Source: Sphyrna mokarran
Taxonomy: Eukaryota
NCBI GenBank assembly: GCA_024679065.1
Contig: JAGIQG010000001.1
Span: forward strand, 70,866,001 to 70,930,000
DNA length: 64,000 nucleotides
Reading direction: 5' to 3'
The first letter of the stretch is position 1. Each line of letters starts with the position of its first letter. Below are positions 36,781 through 50,204 of this stretch, piece by piece. The position numbers and the translations under genes were made by a program. The notes under the pieces are model-generated. The model was not told where the DNA came from. It did no database searches and saw only the letters and a list, made by a program, of their open reading frames with translations.

Positions 36781-39700
36781 ATGACTAGCCCCCACCCTCC
36801 TACCCCCCAATTCTCTGAGGGCAACCTGGGGATGTGAGTCAGGGCACTCTGTTCTCCCGCAGATAGATGCCCACCCTGGGGGGGCTGATGGAGGAAGTCT
36901 CCTCCGCAGTCAGTGCCAGGGCGCTGGCTCCCCAAACTGGGAAGCAGTACTGGAAAAATATCAATGACATCATGCATGCAGCAAGGGTGAGTGTTGAACC
37001 CCATCTTGCATCTTCCTCCAAATTTCCTCCAGATCCTCTTACCTCCAGCACCCTGCATGCTTCCAGCTCCTGCTGCCTCAGCACCTCTTTCCTTTCCCTT
37101 CAATCAGCCCTACTGTGCTTGCCCTTTAACGGCCACCACCTGATACTCAGCTGGAGTCACGTCATCATTTCTTTCATGCCTCCTTCTATCTCCACAGGAA
37201 AAGACTGCCATAACACCCATCAGAGGGCAAAGACAGGGGATGGTGAGTTAGAACTCCGCGTCCTCATCCTTTTGAGGAATAGGCACTGGAGCTGTCAAGG
37301 GAAGGGGAGATGCAGACTGTCAGTGACAACATGGATGAGCTGGAGTCAAGATGTGAGCACCTGTCATTCCTCCACTCTCTTTGTGGCAACTTCTTTGGGC
37401 ATTAGTTTTGGGTACGAGGGGCAAGGTTTAAAGGAAATGTGCAAAACATGCTTATTTGCACAGAAAGAGTAATGGGTGCCTGGAATTCACTGTCGTGGGA
37501 GGTCATGGATGCAGATACCTTTAATTTTCTAATTGGGAAAATGCTTACGAAATCAGAAACACAAAAGGATTTGGGAGTCATTGTCCAGATTCTCTTGAGG
37601 TTAACATACAAGTTCCATTGACAGTTAGGAAGAAAAATGCAATGTTAACATTCATATCAAGAGGGCTAGAATACAAGAGTAGGGATGTATTTGTGAAGTT
37701 ATATAAGGCTTTGGTCAGACATATTTGGAGTATTGTGAGGAGTTTTGAGCCCCGTATCTAAGGAAGAGTGTGTTTGCCTTGGAATTGGTCCAGAGGAGGT
37801 TTGTAAAAATGATCCCTGGAATGAAGAGCTTGTTGTATGTGGAATGGTTGGAGACACCGAGTCTGTACTTGTTTGAGTTTAGAAGGATGAGAGGGCATCT
37901 TATTGAAGCTTACAGGATACTACGAGGCCTGGATAGAGTGGATGTGGAGATGATATTTCCACTAGTAGGAAAAACGAGAACCAGAGGGCACAATCACAGG
38001 CTAAAGGGACAATCCTTTAAAACAGAGATGAGGAAGAATTTTTTCAGCCAGAGAGTGGTGAATATGTGGAACTCTTTGCCGCAGAAGGCTGTGGAGGCCA
38101 GGTCATTGAGTGTTTTTAAGACAGAGATAGATAAATTCTTGATTAGTAAGAGGATCAGAGGTTATAGAACATAGAACATAGAACATAACAGCGCAGAACA
38201 GGCCCTTCAGCCTTCGATGTTGCGCCGACCAATTAGGAACAAGCAGTGACCCTCTAACCTAAACCATTCCCCTTTCATCCATAAACTTATCTACTAACCT
38301 CTTAAACGCAATCAAACTTGGCACATCTACAACTGACGCAGGCAAGGCATTCCATACCCTTACCACCCTCTGGGTAAAGAACCTACCTCTGACATCTGTC
38401 CTAAAACCAACACCCCTTAATTTAAAGCTATGTCCCCTCGTGCTAGCTTTCTCCATCCTAGGGAAAAAAGCTATCACTGTCCACCCTATCTAAACCTCTA
38501 ATCATCTTATATGTTTCAATAAGGTCTCCTCTTAGCCGCCTTCTTTCTAATGAAAACAAACTCAAATCTCTCAGCCTCTCTTCAAAAGATCTGCCTTCCA
38601 TACCAGGCAACATCCTGGTAAACCTCCTCTGTACCCTCTCCAATGCCTCCACATCTTTCTTATAATGCGGGGACCAGAACTGTACACAATACTCCAAGTG
38701 CGGCCGCACTAGAGTTTTGTACAGTTGCAACATGACGTTGCAGCTCTGAAGTTCAATCCCCCTACCAATAAAAGCTAAAATGGGAAAAAGCAGTAGAATA
38801 GGGATGAGAGAAATATCATCCATGATTGAATGGCAGTGCAGACTCATTTGGCCAAGTAGCCTATGTCTTATGGTCTTATGGTTTTAAGGTGCATCTTTTC
38901 ACCTATGTGAATGGGATGGGAATAGAGAATATGGTCTCAGAAAGGTAGGGGGTTACAAGTCAGATGGACAGCCTTGTCATTTCAGGCTTGGAGGGCTGAA
39001 GGGCCTTTCTGTGTGGTGTAATTTTCTTGGTGCTTTGTTCTATGTTCAATGGAGAAATGTGAACCATGTGTTTTACCTCCTGGATTCCTCTTTCCCTCTT
39101 GCACTTAACCTTGTGCCCTATGTTACAGGGACAGATCTGGATGCCCCAGGGCCTTCTGGACTCCAGCTGAAGCTCCTGCTGGCCCAGATAGCTCGGATGA
39201 GTCCTCAGAGGATATAGGTGACGGGACCTCCGAGAGTAGTACCGTTTTGGCGACAGCTCCCATCTCAAAACTCACCATTCCAGATACTGACACGTCAGTG
39301 AGTTCAGTTAGTCCAGGCTTCAGGTCACTCTCTGGTGAACATAACACATCTGCTAATGTATATTGGGTGGAGGAGAGAACATCTAAGGCCTTTGGCATGC
39401 CGGGAGTCTGCCGAAGGCGAGGACTCAGCTGGCCCCAGGCTACATGGTGGGCCTCTGTGATCACTTCTCCCTGAGCTGCTGGAGATGTAGCAACAGAGTC
39501 AAGAAATGCAGGATGGGCTGATGGTCACACTGGACCAACTGCAAAGCTGTTGAGAGGACTCCCAAAGCTTTCAGGTGGATCATCTATTGCCTGTCTTGCA
39601 CCTTCCCAGGCCAGCACGGCAAGGGTGACATCTGCAGTGGAAAGCCTGGGGTAAGGGATCTCACCATGAGTGGCAGATTCCAAGCATTGGCTGAGTCTCA

Positions 39701-40382
39701 GCAGGTCATAGCTGAGGGACTGAACAGGCTTCTCGAGATTCTGCGGCCCGTGGCCAAGTCATTCAAGAGCTTGCAGGACACCCAGTGGGACAGCACTGAG
39801 ACACAGCGGGTTATGGCATAGCCCTTGAGAACATGACCCAGTAGCAGAGGATCATGGTTGAGGGGTTGCAGAACACAGCCCAGTCTCAGAGGACCACAGG
39901 TGATGGATTGCAGAGCATGGCCTAGTCTCAGAGGACATTTGCTAAGGCCATTGAGAAGTGGCCCCTGACACAAGTGGCCATTGCAGAGGATGCACTGGTC
40001 CTTCAGGACTGGCAGTGTCAGGTGATGCCAGAGCTTCTGCAACTCTTTGCACATTCCATGGAGTGACTCAGGAACCCAAGGGAGAAGGGAAGGCTTGAAA
40101 CCATGCTGGGGCCTTCCAGCCAGGAGACTCTGACTATGACTACATCTTCTGACTCCCCCATTCCTGACACAGGGGTATCTCAGAGGCAGCGGGATGAAGA
40201 CGGTGTCATGGACACCTGGAAGCAAGCTAGGGCACTCAAGGTCCAGGGTCTCCAGAGGACACACATCAAATGCATCACAGGCAATGAGGCGAGATAAGCA
40301 GCTGCCCTCTTCTATCTCTGATGTACATTCTGGGGAGTCATTGAGGTGTAGTGCTCAGCCACATAAGATTAGGGAGTTGTAG
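36781..40382 (+). pseudogene. Harbinger D Myb/SANT-like partner gene, three exons, decayed
   Basis: PQFSEGNL..EEVSSAVSARALAPQTGKQYWKNINDIMHAAR with donor GTGAGT 36987; acceptor CCACAG 37197 then HQRAKTGDGELELRVL; acceptor TTACAG 39128. Confidence 0.8.
37402..39048 (+). mobile_element. Three nested CR1 3' fragments: outer + (37402-37527 and 38885-39048), middle + (37528-38165 and 38780-38884), inner - (38166-38779)
   Basis: ORFs 37770-38174, 38259-38477 and 38458-38847 are CR1 ORF2 C-termini; three separate tails. Confidence 0.85.
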
Positions 40383-40989
40383 TTGGCACGGGTAAAAGGT
40401 TGCACTAGTTAGAAAGATATTTAAGCACATTAACATTTTCTGTTCACAAGATTTTCCATTAGAATGTTTTGTTTTAAATATTTTTTCATTGTGATTAATT
40501 TGTCTCAGATTTGTCTCAGACAGGAATCCTGTTCCATGATGATCGCCGGAGGGATGCTTCATATTGATGTTGGTTGGGGAGGCCCCTCAATGCTGTGTCA
40601 CTGAGAAGGGAAGGCAATGGTTTCCAGGCCCCATGAGTGATTCCCTCCTGTCCCCCATCCACCTGCCCTGGGGCCCTGTATGGGGGTTTCAGATCCCTTG
40701 CCCACTACACAGACATGGGCCCAGATGCCAGCATGCATGTGGAGTTCAGGTAGGAGACAGACTAGTTTGCAACAGGGCATTATCATATGGGTGTTTAGTG
40801 AGTCATCATCACCCTCCTACCTGCCAAAATACTCAGTAACACAGAGTGGTCCAGCCCTCTGGTGTGACGATGTTGCAGGATATAGAAGGAATTTTGGTGG
40901 AGGGGGGAAATGGAACCCACAGACACAAACCCCTAGTGATTGAACTGCCCAGTGATCAGGGTCTCCCTAGCTGCTCTCGCATGCCTCAT

Positions 40990-42075
40990 TGGGTTGCCAG
41001 CCCTCCAGTACCTGCTTGGTGTTCCTCAGTATGTTCTTCCTCATCCTCCTCCTCCTCTTCCTCCTCCTGCTAGTCCTCCTCCCAGTGACGCCTGGTTGAT
41101 CAGCCTCCATGCCCTCCTCCTCCTCTAATAGGTTACCTCTCTATAGAGCCTGCAAGGCACAACACACGACCATTATGCAGAAAGTGATATCCAGGCTGTA
41201 TTGGAGGGCCCTGCCAGAGCGGTCCAGGCACTGGAATCACATTTTGAGGAGCTCAGTACATGTCTCCACCATCACATGGATTGCTACATGGGGTTCATTA
41301 TAGTGAGTCTCCACGTCAGAGACAAGTCTCCACATAGGCATCATCAGTCATGTCGAAACAGGTAACCCCTATCACTCACGAGCCACCTCCTCCTCAAATT
41401 CCTCCAGGATATCCGAGCTCCTGACAATGAAGCTGTCATGCACCCTACCTGAGTGTCTCACGCAGACATACACGATGTTCATATTATGGTCACACACCAG
41501 TTGAACATTCAGGGAGTAAAACCCCTTTCTGTTGATGAATCTTTGCAGATTCTAGGAGAGCCTTGAGGGTGACATGTGTGCAGTTGATAGTCTCTGTATG
41601 TTAGGCATCCCCACAATGGCTATGAACCCTGCAGCCCTGGCTTCCTGGCTTCCTGCTGGGCCTGCTCCAGGTTAAATTTGATATACTGCCCAGATGCGGC
41701 AAAAGGGGCTTCAGTGACCTGCTTGACACAGGTGTACACGACTGTTTGGGAGATGCCAAAGACATCTCCTCGTGGAGTCTAGAAGGAGCAACTTGCATAA
41801 AAGTTCAGAGTGGCCATTAATTTGACAGCCCCCCCTCCTCTAGGTGCCAGGTGCTGGAAAAGGGGCACAGGTGTTGCACTGTCTTCTTTATTGGGGTCCA
41901 TGGTCTCCCTCCTTTTCCTCCGCCCCGCTCTGGGTGAATTGCAGCCACTTACTGCCTCTGGTGGTTGTCTCCCCCTACTCCTGCAAATGGTAAGGCCCGG
42001 GCCTCCTGTGCCTGCTTTTCTTCCTCCTGCTCCTCCTCCTCCTCCTCAGTTCCAGCAACAATTGAAAGAACAGTA
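40990..42075 (-). pseudogene. Harbinger D DDE transposase (HARBI1-like), frameshifted
   Basis: VKLMATLNFYASCSF, FINRKGFYSLNVQLVCDHNMNIVYVC..SGRVHDSFIV, DRGYL..LMMP, FQCLDRSGRALQYS..MVVCCAL, acidic tail. Confidence 0.9.
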
Positions 42076-43289
42076 AGATTGATTGGTTGCATTGCAAAAG
42101 ACATCTTGTGTGGGGAAAGGAAATGGAGAGGAACACAGGTAGAGGTTAAGGAATACACACATCAACAATAACTGTGTATAACTCCCAATTCTCCCAGCCA
42201 TGTGCTCCACATAATCAAAGCCTCCCTAAATCCTCCAGCCACTTGCTCCCCATAATCACTGTCCCCCCAACCACATGTTCCCCACAATCACTGCCCCCCC
42301 CCAGTTCCCCCAGCCACGTGTTCCACACAATCACAGCTCTTTACAAAGTTGAGAGGCTTTGTGCACATCCATCAGCTGGAAGTGAGCTGAGTGTGGTAGG
42401 ACCCAGCAGCATTGCAAGATCTAAGGTTAGTGCTGAGACCCAGGTCTGTGTTGCAAATCAGATGTCAGAGACTCTGCTGAGCAACAATCCCCCACCCGAG
42501 AAAGGAAATGGCCGCAACAAAATGAAACCCATGAACAGCAGAGAGCCATTGGAGCTACGCACTTACGTCCTCACTAACCTTCATGGATGGAGTACCTGAA
42601 TTGGACTTTTATGGAGCATGTTTTCTTTGTGCTGGTTCTGAATGGGCGAACATGGTAGTAAAGAGGGAAGTACTGGTAAAGTTGGGCATGCAGCTCATTA
42701 ATTCAATTTAAATGCATTAAAATGCATTTAAGTAGCCATCTTGCCTGTTTCAGACACGGTCCTCACTGCATCCATTTTAGGGCCTTGGTAAAGGGGGAAA
42801 CCAGTGCGGAGGTGGGCGCAGATTGTGCAACTCACGTCACGCCCAACTTTACTAAGTTTTCGTACCCAAAAATGGACACAACACGGTGGCAAAATCGGGC
42901 CCAATGTATTTGTTTAAGCTGTAGGCCCTATGAACCATTTCATATTAAAGAGGATTGTTGTCTCTAGATCTATGCATAAGAACTTTATATGTCGTGACAT
43001 TTTTCCCTAATTCTATTTCTTATCTTTAATTATTTCCTTATGCCATTTACACATGCTGTAATTACCATCTTATCTCGGTCAGATTGTCTGGAGCAACTTT
43101 ACAGTGCAATAAAGTACTATCATAACATTATTAAAACAGAAATCAAACATTGCTCTTTGATTTCAGGTATTAACATCGACTGCATCCTTGTCTTTTTCCC
43201 CTCATGCAACATCATATTTTCTTAAAAGTAACCCAGTAGATTGTGCCTAACTGTTTTTTTCCAATACTTCCTGATTAAAATAACAATTG

Positions 43290-43366
43290 TTGCCTGTTTC
43301 AGACATGGTCCTCACTGCATCCATTTTAGGGCCTTGGTAAAGGGGGAAACCAGTGCAGAGGTGGGC
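43290..43366 (+). repeat. 77-bp direct copy of 42741-42817
   Basis: Identical except two CpG-type changes. Confidence 0.95.
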
Positions 43367-44029
43367 TTTCTTTAATGCTGCCAAAAGGAAAAATTTCTGT
43401 CAAAATTAGAAGTATATTTTAATATTTGTTATCAGCACAGAAGCTGGCAACATTTGAATTAGTGTCAATTGTTGTCAAACTCTTTTGCAAACTTTATTGG
43501 AAACAAAATTTCAAATCTGGAAACTTTATAAGAATTGTGATTTACAATATCAAAATTGAATCAGTCTCTTTCTTATGTGTGAATTTGTATGCAGATTAAA
43601 AGTCCCTTATGATTATCAATGCATATTCTTTATCTTAGAATGGTGTTGTAGTTTATCAAAAATAATTGCTAAAAGGTCTAATACTCATTGATCAATGTGT
43701 TTGTATCAGATCTCAGGTTTCCAAATATAACAATTGCCCTAAATGGGTAAAGTCATTTATTTAAAAGGTACAGTAAATCCTCTAAACCAAGACTATACTG
43801 TAGCATTGAATATCTTCAGATAAATTCTTAGCTCCTTAAAGCTCTTACAAATGTTGTTAGATTTGTAGTTACCTCTGTGTGAAAGTCCATTCAGCTTGAG
43901 GCAGAATGGATTAATTCAGCAGCCTGAAATCTAAGGCTGCCAGTAGCAAGAATAAACTCCTTTCTCTACTTTGTCAGGAGGCCAAGGAGATTCAGCATGC
44001 CCACTGTGACTCTTAGCAATTTTACAGAT

Positions 44030-44625
44030 ATACTATAGTAAACATCCTTTCCAGATGTACCACAGCATGGTATGCTCCTGTTCTGACCAAGATGACAAGA
44101 AACTATAACAGGTTGTGAACATAGCCCAATCCATCATGCAAACCAGTCTCCCATCCATTGACTCCATCTATATCTCCTGCTGTCTCAGAAAATCAGTCAA
44201 CATAATCTAGGACCCTACACTCCCTGGTCATGCTCTCTTCCTCTTTCTTCTGTCAGGAAAAAGATACAAAAGTCTGAGAACATGTACTAACTGACTCTAG
44301 AACTACTTCTTCCCTGCTGCTGTCAGATTTTAAATGGACTAATCATACATTATTCTGACCTTTCTCTTCATCCTGTCTGTAATTGTACATTCTGGACCCT
44401 CTGCTTTCCTTCTCCCCAATGAACTGTATGAATGGTATGTTTTGCTTGTATAGCATTCAAAAAACAATATTTTTCACTGTATCCCAATACAAGATAAATA
44501 AGTAGAGTTATAGAGATAGGGCTGAGTGGGATTGTGGTTGTTGCAGATTAGATGGGCTGAATGGCCTCCTTCCTCATTGTAGTGGTTTTATGATTCTACA
44601 TGTGGCAATAACAAATCAAATCAAA
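44030..44625 (+). mobile_element. Rex1/Babar LINE 3' end (V-SINE tail nested at about 44500-44598)
   Basis: CTTAWYAPV, VVNIAQSIMQTSLPSIDSIY, HALFLFLLSGKRYKSLRT; AAATCAAATCAAA tail. Confidence 0.8.
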
Positions 44626-45019
44626 AGAACATGGTGCAAAGACTGGCTTGTTTCTATCAAAGAAAAATTCTTTTGTACCTTTAAAGGGCCTTCTTAGGTG
44701 AGGAGAGCAGTGCAGTCTAACTTGCACAGTTGAACAAGACATCTATACTTCTGGACTCAAATCCTCTTTTGATGAAAGCCAAGATATTATTTACTTTCCT
44801 AATTGCTTACTGCAGCTGCATGTTTGTTTTCAGTGACTCATAAACAAGGACACACAGGTTCCTTTGGCCAAGAACACTTGCCAATCTCAATCTCATCCAT
44901 GGAGTCAACTGTCCACATAAATCACTACTGCCACCACCATGTGATTTTGATGAGGTAAGTGTCTAAAACTCAAAGTTCGTAGATTAAACCTGGTAGGAAC
45001 TAGTTATAAACCTTATGGA

Positions 45020-46072
45020 CTCATTCTCCTCCACTCTGAAGAGAAAAGCTCCAGCTCCCTCAAACTTTCCTCATAAAACCTACCCTCCAAACCAGGCAGC
45101 ATCTTGGTAAATCTCCTCTGCACTCTTTCCAATGCTTCCACATCCTTCTTATAGTAAGGTGACCAGAACTGAACACAATATTCCAAATGTGGTCTCACTA
45201 ATGTCTGGTGTAGTTGCAGCATAATCCCACAACTCTTAAACTCAAGCCCCCTGTTAATAAATGCTAACACACTATAAGCTTTCTTCACAGCTCTATCCAC
45301 TTGAGTGGCAACCTTCAGAGATCTATGGATATGAACCCCAAGATCTTTCTGTTCCTCCACATTCGTCAGAACCCTGCCGTTGACCTTGTAATCTGCATTC
45401 AAATTTGTCTTGCCAAAATGAATCACCTCGCACTTATCTGGGGTTTCCTCCTTCTGCCACTTTTTGGCCCAGCTCTGCATCCTCTCAATGCCTCTTTGCA
45501 GCCTACAACAGCCCTCCACCTCATCCACTACTCCACCGATCTTGATGTCATCAGCAAATTTACTAACCAACCCTTCAGCCCTTTCTTCCAAGTTATTGGT
45601 AAAAATCACAAATAGCAAAGGATCTAGCACAGACCCCTGTGGTATACTGCTGGTAACTGGCCTCCAGTCTAAAAATTTTCCTTCCACCACCATCTTCTAT
45701 GTATCTGTACTTAGCCAATTGGCGAAATTTCCTTCTATCCCATACTTTCTTATCTTCTTCATGAGCCTACCAAGGGGAATCTTATCAAACGCCTTATTAA
45801 AATCCATGTATATGACATCAACTGCTCTACTTTCATCTACACATTTAGTTACCACCTCAAAGAATTCAATCAAATTTGTGATGCAGGACATACCCATCGT
45901 GAAACTGTGCTAACTATCCTGGATTAAACTGTATCTTTCCAAATGGTCATAAATCCTATCTCTTAGGACCCTTTCCATTAACTTACTGACCACTAAATTA
46001 AGACTGAACTGGCCTATAATTACCAGGGTCATTCCTATTTCCTTTCTTGAAAAGAGGACCAACATTTGCCAT
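45020..46072 (-). mobile_element. CR1 LINE RT region
   Basis: ORF 45013-45693 with [34 protein letters not shown]; upstream DVIYMDFNKAFDK. Confidence 0.92.
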
Positions 46073-46224
46073 TCAGTTAAGGTACTGTGTAGGAGAGGTT
46101 TGGTGCCTTTTGAAATTGTTAAAAGTAAACATGAATTGCATAAGTAGAATCATAGAAACTCTACAGTGCAAAAAGAAGCCATTTGGCCCATTGAATCTGC
46201 ATTGACCCTCCAATAGAACGCTAT

Positions 46225-48695
46225 AGTTAAGAAACCTCACCAACGGCTCTACTTTCTCAGAAGACTGAGGAAATTTGACATGTCGGCTACGACTCTCACC
46301 AACTTTTACAGATGCACCATAAAAAGCATTCTTTCTGCTTGAATTACAGCTTGGTATGGCAGACCAAACTACAAAAGGCCGTGAATGTAGCCCAACCCAT
46401 CATGCAAACCATCGTCCCATCCACTGGCTCCGTCTACACTTTCTGCTACCTCAGCAAAGCAGCCAGCATAATTTAAGGACTCCACACACCCCAGAGATTT
46501 TCTTTTCCATCTTCTTCCATCGGAAAAAGATGTAAAAATCTGTCAACATGTACCAACTGACTCAAGGGTAGGTTCTTCACTGTTGCCATCAGACTTTTGA
46601 TTTGATTTATTATTGTCACATGTATTAACATACAATGAAAAATGTTGTTTCTTGTGAACTCTGCAGACAAAGCATACCATTCATAGAGCAGAAAATGAGA
46701 CGGTGCAGAATGTAATGTTACAGTCAAAGTTAGGATGTAGAGAAAGATCAACTTAATGCAAGGTAAGTCCATCCAAAAGTCTGACAGCAGCAAGAAAGAA
46801 GCTGTTTTTGAGTCAGTTGATACGTGGCCTCAGAATTTTGTATCTTTTTCTGGAAGGCAGAAGATGGAAGAGAGAATGTCCAGAGTGCGTGGGATCCTTA
46901 ATTATGCTGATTGCTGTGCCAAGGCAGAAGGAAGTGTAGATAGAGTCAGTGGATGGGAGGCTGGTTTGCATGATGGATTGGGTTACATTTTTGCTTGCGG
47001 AGGGAGTAGGCATTCAAGTAGCATTGCTTCCATTACCAAATACAGCAACTGCACTACTCACAACATGCATATTTGAAGTACCTTTGGTCTAGAAAAATGC
47101 CCTCAAGATGCTGCACAAAAGAAACGCCATTGAGCAAAAGTTGACGATATCAGGAGGGATAGTATAGTGTGTCAAAATTCAAAATGACAGTTAGATGAGT
47201 GGTGGAACAAAGTGTGCAGAGGATGCTGAAGGCTGTAAAGGGATATAGATAGTCTAAGTGAGTGGACAAGGGTCTGACAGATGGAGTACAATGTTGGTAA
47301 ATGTGAGGTCATCCATTTTGGTAGGAGTAACAGCAAAATGGATGATTACTTAAATGGTAAAAAATTGCAACATGTTGCTGTGCAAAAGGACCTGGATGTC
47401 CTTAATCAAGAATCACAATGAGTTGGTTTGCAGGTTTAGCAGGTAATTAAGAAGACAGATGGAATTTTGTTTTTCATTGCTAGAGGGATAGAGTTTAAAA
47501 AGAGTGAGGTTATGTTGCAGCTGGATAAGGTACACACCTGGAGTACTGTAACAATTTTTGTCTCCTTACAAAGAACAAAAAACAGCTTAGCACAGGAAAT
47601 TGGCCCTTCGGCCTTACTTGAGAAAGGATGTACTGGCAATGAAGGGCATGCAGAGGAGATTCACTAGGCTGATTCCGAATTGAGGGGGTTGACTTATGAG
47701 GAGAAACTGAGTAGACTGGGACTATACTCGTTGGAATTTAGAAAAATGAGGGGAGATTTTATAGAAACGTATAAAATTATGAAGGGCATAGATAAGAAAG
47801 AAGCAGGGAAGTTGTTTCCACTGGCAGGTGAAACTAGAATTAGGGGGCATGGTCTCAAAATAAGGTGAAGCAGACTTAGGACTGAGTTGAGGAGGAACTT
47901 CTTCACACAAAGGGTTGTGAATCTGTAGAATTCCCTGCCCAATAAAGCAGTTGGGCCTAGCTCATTGAGTGTTTTTAAGGCAAGGATAGATAAATGTATG
48001 AATAGTAAAGAAATTAAAGATTATGGTGAGTGGGCGGGTAAGTGGAGCTGAATCCACGAAAAGATCAGCCATGGTCTTATTGAAAGGCAGAGCAGTCTCG
48101 AGGGGCCATTTGGCCTACTCCTGCTTCTAGTTCTTACGTTCTTACGTTAACAGTGAGGGAGAGATTATTGTTGCTGCACCAGCTCACTAGATGCTCTATC
48201 TCATTCCTGTACTCTGTCTAGTCATTGTTTGAGATCTAACCCACTATGGTGATGTCGTCAGCAAACTTGAAAATTGAATTGGAGGGGAATTTAGCCATAC
48301 AGTAATAGATGTATAAGGAGTATTGTAGGGGGCTTTTGGGGCAGCAGTGTTGAGGATGATTGTGGAAGAGGTGCTGTTGCGTATCCTTACTAATTGTGGT
48401 CTATGACTTAGAAAGTTCACGATCAAGTCGCAGAAGGAGGTGCCAAAACCTGTGCCATGGAGTTGAGAGATGAGTTTTGTGGGAATAATGGTGTTGAAGG
48501 TTTTGAATGAACCTACCTTGCATTAAGTTGATCTTTTTCTACACCCTAACAATGACTGTAACACTACAGTTTGCATTGTCTTGTTTCCTTCTCTATGAGC
48601 AGTATGCTTTGTCTGAGAAGTGTGTAAGAAACAATGCTTTTCACTATATACAAATGCATGTGGCAAGAATAAATCAAATCAAACCAAATCAAAGC
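46225..48695 (+). mobile_element. Rex1/Babar copy (+) split by an antisense Rex1/Babar copy (46601-48500)
   Basis: HQRLYFLRRLRKF; + copy breaks at GCCATCAGACTTTTGA and resumes TTTTGAATGAACC at 48501; TTTTGA at 46595-46600 and 48501-48506. Confidence 0.8.
47180..48148 (+). mobile_element. CR1 LINE 3' fragment
   Basis: QMEYNVGKCEVIHFG, LGLYSLEFRKMRGDFIETYKIMKG; TTCTTACGTTCTTACG tail. Confidence 0.88.
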
Positions 48696-50204
48696 TATCA
48701 AAGATCTATCAAAACACACTGGAACTTTCAAAACTCTTTGGAACTGTCAAAAGTGTCAGCGATTTACTATTGCTGGGTTTTAAATTTAGATGCAAATGTG
48801 TTTTAAAAAATTCAGTTGTTTCTATTTTACTCTGATATTGACATAAGGCTGAGATTTATTGTTGTAGGACTTGGGCTGCAAGTATCCCATATTTTGAGGA
48901 TTGTCCTTTATTTTCACTGTCTGTCCTGCATTGTTTCAGGAAAACCTTGTCTTGCATTTCTAGGACAATTGATGAGGCTGAGCTTGGGAGATTTTGGGAT
49001 GGCTTTGAGCAATTTGAACGAGGCAGCAAATGAGTGAGTTGACAAATAGAGAGATAATATTGTTGTTACTCCTGAAGATTAGCCAAAGCTTATGTTATTT
49101 TAAAACCCATTGCCCACCTACCTACCACTCCTAGGGTCACCAGAAACCTCCACATCTCACCCTCACTCAATTGGTCATCAACACTGTCCCCTTTCCAATC
49201 TCACAATCAAAGTGTCCCTTATTTAATTTCTTAAGAATTGGCACTCTGCTGAAAGCTTAACTCCATCTCTCCTTCTCAACAGATTGTGCTACATCCAATT
49301 AGTATCTCCAGCATTTTCCATTTTTATTTAAAACTTCTGAAATACTCAGTATTTTGCTTTTATGTGCCAAAAATAGAGTTGAGCTATAAGCTCACCCATA
49401 GCTCAATGTTGTGATTGGAAGCCCTTTCTCTAACTGAAATAAGCTGCTGCTCTGTGAAAAAATTTCGAGACAGCTTGACCTGGAGGTTCCCATGGATAGT
49501 CATGACACTGGAACATAGGTGAAGTAGACTCAGCATAACCTAAGGCTTCAAGTGCATGTAAAAAAACCCCAGAAAACTGTCTGCACACATATAAAAAGCA
49601 GCTCTGAGCAGAATCTCTGCAATGTTGAATATCAGCATGAATGAATCTTATTCCGTAAGGCAGAGGCTCAAGCACACTTTGCAAATTCACCTGAACTGTC
49701 TATGGATACATGATAAACTGTAGTCAAATAGTACAATATTATCTTGCTTATTCAATTAATGAAGAGTATATATAGTGTTTTTTGAATACTTCATTTCACA
49801 TAGAAATGCAACTTTTATATTTAAAATGTAATTAGAATTGTATTAATGGCATTAAAAATGATGGAAACTATAATCATGGAATGTAAAATCTACAGCTAAA
49901 TCAAGTTATATCAATTTTCCCCACATTTATTCACACTTAACAACTGAATTTAATAAAGCTCTCAGTTGTTCGATTGTATTTAATTAACTTATTTTGTGCA
50001 TTAACAAATTACATTATTTGTAAATTTAAAAAATACAAGCTGAATAAATTGTATAAATCAACCAGTTTGTTATTCAATTAACAATGACATTCTCCATGAA
50101 TTTCAGTTTTAATATTACTAATCTGTATTTTTTATTTCATGAGTTTTTTTCATAGATTCATAAACATCTGCAACATAGAAGGAGATCATTCAGTTCATTG
50201 ATTC

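Larger units (their letters stand above)
36165..42902 (+). mobile_element. Near-complete PIF/Harbinger DNA transposon D
   Basis: TIRs GGGCCCTATTTTGCCA (36165) and TGGCAAAATCGGGCCC (ends 42902), 15/16 match; flanks AAA / AAT; two convergent genes. Confidence 0.9.

Noticed and set aside
36867-37472. 201-aa ORF as a domesticated MSANTD/NAIF1-like gene
   Set aside because: Reads through an intron and into CR1; lies within TIRs; exons carry frameshifts and stops
39700-39990. CRISPR-like array
   Set aside because: Imperfect coding tandem repeats without unique spacers, in a eukaryotic transposon
45013-45693. Longest ORF (226 aa) as a host gene or active reverse transcriptase
   Set aside because: Internal CR1 ORF2 fragment, truncated at both ends and frameshifted upstream
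49430-49690. 86-aa minus-strand ORF in unique sequence
   Set aside because: No ATG start, weak splice context, no recognisable domain
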